DNA of 64,000 nucleotides from an uncultured Ohtaekwangia sp. (GTDB taxonomy: Bacteria; Bacteroidota; Bacteroidia; Cytophagales; Cyclobacteriaceae), in contig CAZJWV010000002.1 in NCBI GenBank assembly GCA_964549855.1, forward strand, positions 55,762 through 119,761. Direction: 5' to 3'. Positions 47,795-55,603 of the stretch are shown piece after piece. The notes beneath the pieces are model-generated. The model was not told where the DNA came from. It was given only the letters and a program-made list of their open reading frames with translations, and made no database searches. The first letter of the stretch is position 1. The number at the start of each line of letters is the position of its first letter. The position numbers and the translations under genes were made by a program.

Positions 47795-50770
47795 TTAATG
47801 TACCACCTGAACATGCTTTGAGACACTCATTCCCTCGGCACTGGTAACTCTCAGGACATAGAGGCCCGATTTCAATGATTCGGTGTTAATCTTGATCTTT
47901 TGCTTCTCAGTCGAGCCCTTGAAAACAGTCATCCCGGAAATGTCATAAAGGGCCACCTCATAGGGACCATGAAATTCTTTTTTCTCCGACAGATCTTCGA
48001 TTGAAACGAACAGTTCGTCACTCGAAGGATTGGGATAGGGTGTAACGATCTGGCAAGGATTGCAGCCGCCCTCTGTGGTGATGGTGACAGGCAGGGAGGA
48101 GGAGGTAGTACCGCAGCCGTTGGTTGACAGAAGGTTTACAGTACCTTCCGTCCCTTGTCCGCTCCAGTAGACCTGAACGGTAGGCTGTGTGTCACTCCAG
48201 CCGAAGTTCCATCCACTGCCCCCAATAGACCACTGGAAGGCATAAGGATTACCGTTATCCCCTGCCTGGTAAGTGTAAATCTGGTCAGGATAGACCTGAG
48301 TCGGACCGTTGATCACACCGGGGGGTGGGCCCACCCAGATATTTGTACTAATATTTAGAACGGGCTGACACAGCCCCAACACCTGATAACCGATTGAGAC
48401 CGGCCCAGTGTAGGATGAATTGATAATGTTTAGTGAAGCCGTCCGGCCCGTTCCCGAGCTTGAGCTGAAGTAAGAGGCCGGGGAAGCGGACCAAGTGATC
48501 GTAGCCGAGGCGGGGAATGTACCGTTCAGCACAGCGTTCTGTGGAATGGCATGGCATAGAAAAAAAGGCGGTGTGATTACAGCACCATAGTCAGGTTGAC
48601 ACGCGGAAGAGCAATAGTTATTATTTGGAGTGTTCTGAATTTCCCTGAACATCCATTCTGCATTTCGTGCTGTAAAGACTGCTGAATGGGACGCATTGTA
48701 TTCAACCGGATTGCCAAAAGCCTCTTGAGCAATGAAATTAGAAACACGCGCCTGATAGGTATTACTAACACCGCCAACATAGGTAGCGGTGGTAGCCCCT
48801 GCGTTTATTAGCGTCATGTCAAGGGCACTAACCAAGGGTACAAATGTAAAACCACCTGGGTTTACATAGGCTCCTGCATTGTAGTAGAAAAATGGCGATA
48901 ATCCACCACTAGAAGTGACGGCGCTCGCACCGAGGTATTTAGAGATATTAAATGTGCCACCCGGAATTCCGTCCCAAGGCAGGAGGTTGGTTGGTGAATT
49001 GAAGGTGTCATTTGTCAAGTTCTCTTCGACCTCGATAAAGAACAAAATGGTATAACTAAACCAGAACCTGACTTTGGAGATTCTCTGGCTGGTGCCCATA
49101 GATGGCAATGAATTGGCTATTATTTCTGAGTGCAAGCCCACACCCGTAACAACAAATGGTATGAAACCGATGCTAGCGCCCGCCTGCAACCGAAGCAATT
49201 CTTGATATGGAGCCAACACCTGATTTCCACATTGTGATCCAAGCGAAGTTGCCTCAACCTTGTACGTCGGCTGAGGGCCTGAAGGAGAGAAGGTAATCAT
49301 GTTGCGATATTCGTTGTCCAGGAATGCATTTGGAGTATATGATCCGGTGCCGTTGGTCGCACGGGTTATAAGCATTTGCTGGGTCGCTGTGGCGTCCAAC
49401 AAGGCATTGGCAACGGCAATCTGTGGAACAAGATCTCGCACATTAATGTCCGAGATAAGCTTGGCTGTGTAGAGGGATCGTGTCATGGCCTGAATACCAA
49501 GCGGGATGTTAGCGCCGCGGTGAGGGCTGTCCAGCGTGAAAAGCAGCCGCGTCCCCGTTGGATCTGGGCCGTTCTTCGTCATATCGGCCAATGCATATCG
49601 GGCAACCAATCCACCCATGCTGATTCCGAGGATGACATTGGGTTCATTGCCACTCACCGTGGCTTTGTTGTCATTTACCCACTTAATTACCTTTTTGAGA
49701 AGGGCAGCATTTCGGCGAATGTCAGCTGTACCAATGTTAAAATTCTAACACCAGATCGTATCCGCCAACTTCGTCAAGCTTTTGATTCAGGTCATATTGA
49801 GTTTCAATTGCTGCCATGAGGTTGATAAAGTCAGTGTAGTTGAAGGCGGATCTCAACTGAGGGGCGATATAGCTAACATCATAGCCCTCTACAACAACTA
49901 GGGGCTTTTTCAACTTTTTGGGATTACTAGTGGTATTTGTAGTGCTATACTTAATATAAGCGGTCCCACCATCGTGAGTGGGCTCAGCCGGAAACACCTG
50001 CGCCGCTGGAGTTCCTATATATCTCTGTTGGCCACCCGAGACATTGGTAACCTCGATAGAGGAGTAGCATTGATAGGTCGAATTGTCGGTGAATACCAGC
50101 TTGATTTTTATTTGTTTTACTCCCTTCGTTGTGTAGGTTCCTGAAATGGGCACATTCCATGATGCGGTAACATAGCCGCCCCCAGTACCAAAGTCTACAC
50201 TAATTGAAGACAAGGTCTTGGTGCTAGAATTGAAGAACAGGTTTTGGCTGAAGACTAAGGATGGACCGCCATGATCAACGTACCCAATAGTCGGGGTAGC
50301 CACAAATGCTGTCTTGGCGATGTACGGAGATAATTGTCGTCCAGAACATCGAAAAGCTGATTATTTTGAATTGTAAACAGGTTAAGATTGAGAGCATCTG
50401 GCCGAATTCTATTGTATTCGCTGAAAAGAACTGCGACCGGTATTGCCCCATTGGCTGCCGATTCAGCGCTGGCGATTGTGGAATTCACTGTGGCCAATGA
50501 GGCCAAAGGATTGGTTCCCTGAATTCGGGAGGACTGAATAGTTCCATACACATGTCGCCATACAGGCGCTGTCACCTTATTGCTGTCAGTAAGCAGACCA
50601 TTGAACGGATGCAGGGAGATGAGCGGTGCGCCAAACTCAGCAAGAAATCCGGTCGTGATTTCTGTTTTGTTGACATTGGCGAACACGTTGTTGAGCTTAT
50701 CACGCAACGGGTCAGTCTGCGCATGGACAGTAACGACGCATAACAGCAGCAAAAGTGTAAAGAGTTTCAT
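47795..50770 (-). pseudogene. T9SS-secreted alpha/beta-hydrolase (lipase/esterase-like) multidomain protein, disrupted by two frameshifts
   Basis: Three consecutive minus-strand ORFs read as one protein of about 990 aa.
- 50255-50770: signal peptide MKLFTLLLLLCVVTVHAQ.
- 49737-50303: Ig-like region, then ...PLVVVEGYD...GGYDLVLEF.
- 47795-49657: the upstream in-frame extension NFNIGTADIRRNAALLKKVIKWVN leads into the GxSxG nucleophile elbow GISMGG, followed by repeats and the T9SS C-terminal sorting domain ...LKSGLYVLRVTSAEGMSVSKHVQVVH.
Frame changes are confined to about 50330-50340 and about 49745. Confidence 0.6.
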
Positions 50771-50788
50771 AATTGTTGTCTTGAAAGT

Positions 50789-51307
50789 CTAATGCAATCT
50801 AATGTCAAACCTTCCCTCTGTTACCGAGATCTCTGTACAGCCTCCAGTCGAGTGGAAAATAAAATCAAATTTCCCCGCAACAATTCCGCTAATCAAGTCA
50901 AGCTTTTCCAAAACGAAGTGTCCGGTGACACTGTCGGCATCCTGATGGTATTCGCATCCAGCTTTGTGATCAAGGAAAACAGCGCCGGGCAGATCGGGTC
51001 CGCTTGCTAGGATGTAGTCTCCGGTAGAACTAATGTTATTTCCTCCAAATGAAATAAACTGATTTGTTGTATTGTTATTCACGTAAGCGCTTATACCTAA
51101 AGATCCACCGTGAAAGGTTGCGTCATAGCTAGCATATGGGTTGTCCAATCCACTGTTGCCGTCTGGGAGCCATATCGCTTCGTTCAATTTAAAGCCAAAC
51201 GTGTTCTTGCCTTCCTGCGTGGCTGGCGGTAAGCTCTTTGGACCAACATCTTGCTTGCAGCCCATCAAAGCCAACAAGAGAATAAATAGCCCCCATGAGA
51301 TTCGCAT
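50789..51307 (-). CDS. Small lipoprotein, paralogue 1 (possibly DUF6252-like)
   Basis: Lipobox LALMGC, then LPPATQEGKNTFGFKLN. 172 aa. Paralogue of 51639-52163. The family name is from memory only. Confidence 0.7.
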   Translation of the reverse strand: MRISWGLFILLLALMGCKQDVGPKSLPPATQEGKNTFGFKLNEAIWLPDGNSGLDNPYASYDATFHGGSLGISAYVNNNTTNQFISFGGNNISSTGDYILASGPDLPGAVFLDHKAGCEYHQDADSVTGHFVLEKLDLISGIVAGKFDFIFHSTGGCTEISVTEGRFDIRLH

Positions 51308-51412
51308 AAGGAAATTTACAAATTCAAAACAGCTTCTTGATTATGCCTCTCTTAAATGACGAAGAACAGGGGATTAAATCTTCAAATCTTCCCTGCATGG
51401 GAGTTACTCCCA

Positions 51413-51520
51413 TGATTTTATTTCATCATCGATGAGAAGGGATTCATCACGGGTATCAAGGCGATGCTCAACGTGACGACGGATTATATGTATATGCCGA
51501 CCCTAGGGTCAAAGAAATAG
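51413..51520 (+). pseudogene. Start-less remnant of an M20 amidohydrolase 3' end
   Basis: Encodes FIIDEKGFITGIKAMLNVTTDYMYMPTLGSKK*, versus FMIDEKGFITGIKAMLNVTTDYIYMPTKTGIKK* at the end of copy 2. There is an in-frame TGA at 51413-51415 and no upstream coding continuation. Confidence 0.75.
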
Positions 51521-51638
51521 CGACCGAGTTCCGTACAAAGCTGCACGAGGAATTACTGGAGAAGTCGGCTGCTTACTTGCTCATCAGGCACTGACGCCGC
51601 GCTGGGAGCGGGCGGCAAGTAAAGATTATGCAGTTGAT

Positions 51639-52163
51639 CTATATTCTTATATCAAACCTTCCCTCTGTGACTGAAATGGTACTGCATCCTGTTTTTGAAA
51701 ATGCAAGTTCAAACGTTCCTGATACGATGCCATTACCAAGATCCAGCTTTGTAATCGTGAAGGAGCCCGAGACGCTGTCCTGCGGCTCATTATAAGTGCA
51801 TCCGACTGAGTTGTCCGAATAGTATGCTCCGGGGGAACCAGAGCCAGGCGGGCCTGTTACGTGATAGGTTCCTAGGGAGGATAAATTAATCGCGCCGAAC
51901 GAAATGAACTGATCAATCTTGTCAGTTCTTACATAGGCATAAATGTCCAAGGTGCCCCCCTGATAGGTTGGGTCATAACTTGCATCAAGGTTTGCAGTTC
52001 CATCAAATCCCGTAGGAATCCAGATCTCTCCATTTAGCCGAAATCCAAAGGTGTTCTTTCCCTCTTGGGTGGCTGGCGGCAATAGTGGGACCGGAGATTT
52101 GCTCAACAGGTTGCAGCCCACCAAAACCAACAAGAAAAAATGCGGTGCCAAAGAGATTCGCAT
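51639..52163 (-). CDS. Small lipoprotein, paralogue 2
   Basis: Lipobox LVLVGC, then LPPATQEGKNTFGFRLN and a C-terminal ISVTEGRFDIRI. 174 aa. Confidence 0.7.
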   Translation of the reverse strand: MRISLAPHFFLLVLVGCNLLSKSPVPLLPPATQEGKNTFGFRLNGEIWIPTGFDGTANLDASYDPTYQGGTLDIYAYVRTDKIDQFISFGAINLSSLGTYHVTGPPGSGSPGAYYSDNSVGCTYNEPQDSVSGSFTITKLDLGNGIVSGTFELAFSKTGCSTISVTEGRFDIRI

Positions 52164-52253
52164 AAGGAAATTTACACAATCAAAAGCCTCTCATATAATT
52201 CTGTGAAGAATCCCCGATTCGTTTGTGTTTCTATACAAGAAAATTCCCCCGCT

Positions 52254-54302
52254 ATGAAAAGGCTGTTTTCTCTTGTAATGGTCCTTGCGGCCACGCTGGC
52301 CCAGGCCCAACACGTGCCCACATTCGAAGAAGTAATCTCCCTACGGGGTGTTGTCGGTGTCACAATTTCTCCCGATGGTAAAGACGTTGCGTTTGGTGTG
52401 GCTAGCACCGACTGGAACGACAACCGATACGACACAGAAATATGGCTCTCACGCAACGGCGGCACGCCATATCAACTCACCAACACGCCGAAAGGCAACA
52501 GCGGCAACCGCGCCTTTTCACCTGACGGCCGCTGGCTCGCTTTTTTGGCCAACCGCGGGAACAAGGATCAAATCCACGTCATCAGGTTGGACGGCGGTGA
52601 GGCGAAGGTGGTAACGAATGAGACTGAAGGGATCTCCTCTTTTGAGTGGCATCCATCCGGGACATCTTTTATTGTACAACGCCAGGAGAAGGAAGACCCT
52701 AACAAGAAAGAACGGGAGAAGCGCTATGGTGGGTTTGAAGCGGATGATGCCGAGTTCACGGTTCAGCACCTCTGGCAAATTCCCTTCGATCTCAATTTTC
52801 GTGATCCATCAGAAATGCCCTGCTATGAAAAGTCCGATTCGCTTAAAGCCAAGGCGGGCTGTCTTGAGTGGCCGAAAGCCATGCGACTGACGGAAGGGAA
52901 GTTTACGGTTACCAATTACTCCACTTCACCGGACGGGACGAAGATTGCCTTTTCCCATCAGCCGAATCCGCTGATCAACACAGGAGTGAAGTCCGATATA
53001 TCGATACTTGAATTGAAGACTAAAGCCGTATCCAAAATCGTGTCCAACGCCAGTGGCGATTCTTTCCAGGATTGGTCACCCGACTCGAAAGAAATCATCT
53101 TTACCACCAGTGGTTCGGATACTTTGTCAAATTTTTACAAAAATGGCCAGGCTTTCGTAATGAACCTGGCTACTAAAGCCACGCGGCCCATTGCCAAGAA
53201 CATTGATGAGGATGTTGGTGGTTTTATTTGGCGCTCCACGGGAATCTTTACAGCGATGCAAGCCAAAACCAAGCGCATCATGTATCGCATCGACCCGGGA
53301 ACCGGCAGCGCTACTCCGGTGATGGGCATGCCTGAACTGGTGGGACAACTTTCTTTCTCCCGGTCAGGCGACCAGTTTGCCATGACAGGGCGCAACGGCA
53401 ACCAGCTGACGGAGGTTTTCATTTCACCGACGGCCGCGCCCGCGCTGAAAAAGATCACCGACATGACCAGTCAACTCAGCAATTGGAAAGTTGGGAGCAG
53501 CGAGGTGATTTCCTGGAAGAGCAAAGACGGCGCAACAATTGAAGGCGTCCTAAGCAAACCGGCAAACTATGACGCCGCGAAAAAGTACCCCCTTCTTGTC
53601 GTGATCCACGGTGGCCCGACGGGAGTGGACACACCAACTCCGGTGCCCGGCAGTGTTTACCCGATTGTACAGTGGCTTGACAAAGGAGCGCTCGTGCTTC
53701 GCGTCAACTACCGCGGCTCTGCAGGCTACGGCGAGGCTTTCCGGTCACTCAATGTGAGGAACCTTGGCGTTGGCGACATGTGGGACGTGATGTCCGGTGT
53801 TGACTATCTCGATTCGAAAAAGATGATCGACCGTTCGAAGATGGGATGCATGGGATGGAGCCAGGGAGGATACATTTCCGCGTTTCTCACCACCAATACC
53901 ACGGATTTCAAAGCCATCTCAGTGGGCGCCGGCATTTCAAACTGGATGACCTACTATGTAAACACCGACATCCACCCCTTTACGCGCCAATATTTGAAGG
54001 CAACCCCGTGGAGTGATGAGGCTATCTACAAGAAGACATCACCAATGACGAACATCAACAACGCTAAAACACCAACGCTCATTCAACACGGTGAGTTCGA
54101 TCGTCGTGTTCCCATCGCGAATGCATACGAACTATTGCAGGGACTCCGCGACAGGAATGTTCCGTGCGAGCTTGTGGTGTACAAGGGCTTCGGTCACGGG
54201 ATCAACAAGCCGAAAGAAAGGCTTGCCGCGAACTGGCATAACTGGCAGTGGTTTGCCAAGTACGTCTGGAACGAGAAGGTAGAGATTCCTATTGGCAAAT
54301 AG
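52254..54302 (+). CDS. S9 family peptidase (TolB-like beta-propeller plus prolyl-oligopeptidase catalytic domain), secreted
   Basis: Signal peptide MKRLFSLVMVLAATLAQAQ (ATG at 52254). PD40-like SPDG repeats. Nucleophile GWSQGGY. Asp/His region HGEFDRRVP...GFGHGI. Confidence 0.9.
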   Translation: MKRLFSLVMVLAATLAQAQHVPTFEEVISLRGVVGVTISPDGKDVAFGVASTDWNDNRYDTEIWLSRNGGTPYQLTNTPKGNSGNRAFSPDGRWLAFLANRGNKDQIHVIRLDGGEAKVVTNETEGISSFEWHPSGTSFIVQRQEKEDPNKKEREKRYGGFEADDAEFTVQHLWQIPFDLNFRDPSEMPCYEKSDSLKAKAGCLEWPKAMRLTEGKFTVTNYSTSPDGTKIAFSHQPNPLINTGVKSDISILELKTKAVSKIVSNASGDSFQDWSPDSKEIIFTTSGSDTLSNFYKNGQAFVMNLATKATRPIAKNIDEDVGGFIWRSTGIFTAMQAKTKRIMYRIDPGTGSATPVMGMPELVGQLSFSRSGDQFAMTGRNGNQLTEVFISPTAAPALKKITDMTSQLSNWKVGSSEVISWKSKDGATIEGVLSKPANYDAAKKYPLLVVIHGGPTGVDTPTPVPGSVYPIVQWLDKGALVLRVNYRGSAGYGEAFRSLNVRNLGVGDMWDVMSGVDYLDSKKMIDRSKMGCMGWSQGGYISAFLTTNTTDFKAISVGAGISNWMTYYVNTDIHPFTRQYLKATPWSDEAIYKKTSPMTNINNAKTPTLIQHGEFDRRVPIANAYELLQGLRDRNVPCELVVYKGFGHGINKPKERLAANWHNWQWFAKYVWNEKVEIPIGK

Positions 54303-54396
54303 GTCCATGGTCCATAGTCGATAGCCCATAGCCGATGAGTTGATAGTACTGAATCTGCTATGTAACATGGACCATCGACCATTAGGTGAGTGAGAT

Positions 54397-55509
54397 CTAC
54401 CATTCAGTCAAGAGGTAATTTGTGCTCCTGCCGCCGGCCGGGTCCTTTATTAAGACCTTTTTCTCCACCAGGTCCTGAATATCCCTTAACGCCGTGTCGT
54501 GAGAGCATTTGGCGATTTTTGCCCACTTGGATGAAGTCAGCTTTCCTTCGAAATGGTCAAGCAATTTGTTCAGCATTAGTTGTTGTCGCGGGTTGAACCG
54601 AGTGGCGGCATGTGAATCCCAGAATTTTGCTTTTTTCATCACGCCTTCCAGGGTCTCACCCGAAGCGGTCAGCGCACGGTCAAGGCACGCAAGGAACCAT
54701 TCAAGCCATTCTGTGATGTCGAGTGTTCTTTTTTGTGTGCTCTCCAGGATGTCGTAGTAATCACTTCGCTCTTTCCTGATCTGGGCGGACATGCTGTAAA
54801 ACCGTTGCGGGCTCTCATCGGAACGGGTAAGCTGCATATCAGCGATCGCTCGCGCAATCCTGCCGTTGCCATCGTCAAACGGGTGAATCGTAACAAACCA
54901 CAGGTGCGCAAGTCCCGCCTTCAGAACGGGATCAATGTCTGCAGTGTGATTGAACCAACCCAGAAATGCGGTCATCTCCTTATCAAGAACTTCCGCCCCG
55001 GGTGCTTCGAAGTGGACACGTTCTTTTCCCATGGGTCCGGAGACCACTTGCATTGGATCTTCTTTCGGATTGTCACGCCATGCCCCGACCTTGATCTTTT
55101 GCAGGCCACTCCGGCCTGTTGGGAACATTGCCGCGTGCCAGGAAAACAATCTCTCAGCGTTTAGTTCTTTTTGATAACTCTGTGTAGCGTCCAGCATCAT
55201 TTCGACAATGCCCTCCACACTTCGGTCGGCGGGGATCAGTCCGGCGATATCCATGCCCAGCCGCCTGGCAATAGAAGAGCGCACCTGGTCCGGGTTCAGC
55301 AGTTCGCCTTCAATCTCACTTGACTTTAGTACGTCCAGTGTTAGGGTTTCCAGCGTGGCTTCATTTCGCAGGTTAAATCCCAACGCCTCCATGCGGCCCG
55401 TGAGCTTTCCTTGCTTGTGTCGCACGGTAGCCAGCATCCTGGAAAGCCTTTCTTGTTGCCAATTGAATTTCGGCCAATCTGGGCGTTGATGTATATATAT
55501 TGTACGCAT
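54397..55509 (-). CDS. Fic family protein (class II, N-terminal inhibitory helix, C-terminal wHTH)
   Basis: Fic motif HPFDDGNGRIARA. Internal inhibitory motif SSEIEG, which fits (S/T)xxxE(G/N). 370 aa. Confidence 0.9.
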   Translation of the reverse strand: MRTIYIHQRPDWPKFNWQQERLSRMLATVRHKQGKLTGRMEALGFNLRNEATLETLTLDVLKSSEIEGELLNPDQVRSSIARRLGMDIAGLIPADRSVEGIVEMMLDATQSYQKELNAERLFSWHAAMFPTGRSGLQKIKVGAWRDNPKEDPMQVVSGPMGKERVHFEAPGAEVLDKEMTAFLGWFNHTADIDPVLKAGLAHLWFVTIHPFDDGNGRIARAIADMQLTRSDESPQRFYSMSAQIRKERSDYYDILESTQKRTLDITEWLEWFLACLDRALTASGETLEGVMKKAKFWDSHAATRFNPRQQLMLNKLLDHFEGKLTSSKWAKIAKCSHDTALRDIQDLVEKKVLIKDPAGGRSTNYLLTEW

Positions 55510-55596
55510 ATTATGCGTCGAATGTAGCCCTTATTCTACGCACTTGCAAAGCATTTAACGCATTTATTGCGTCGAATAGGCGAGCTTATCTACGCA
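55504..55596 (-). promoter_or_regulatory. Two 39-nt direct-repeat units spanning the fic start and leader
   Basis: Units at 55504-55542 and 55558-55596 share ACGCAT..T.TGCGTCGAAT and CTACGCA blocks, and each contains ACGCA/TGCGT inverted repeats. The proximal unit carries the fic ATG. The distal unit carries ATG-CGT-TAA. Confidence 0.4.
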
Positions 55597-55603
55597 AAAC
55601 CCT

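Noticed and set aside
47794-51410. Annotating the insert as a bona fide integrative or mobile element.
   Set aside because: I recognise no integrase, transposase, terminal inverted repeats or tRNA target. Only the direct repeat and the apparent GC drop support foreign origin, so it is reported as a finding and not as a mobile_element feature.
54303-54396. Short ccatag/cgatag and atggtccat/atggaccat repeats between the S9 peptidase and fic.
   Set aside because: There are only 6-9-nt imperfect matches with a ~50-nt loop. This is compatible with a weak terminator or chance and is not distinctive enough to call.
54303-55603. Fic as the toxin of a two-gene toxin-antitoxin or defence module.
   Set aside because: The inhibitory (S/T)xxxE(G/N) motif is internal (SSEIEG). 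No small partner ORF flanks the gene. The neighbours are ordinary envelope enzymes.
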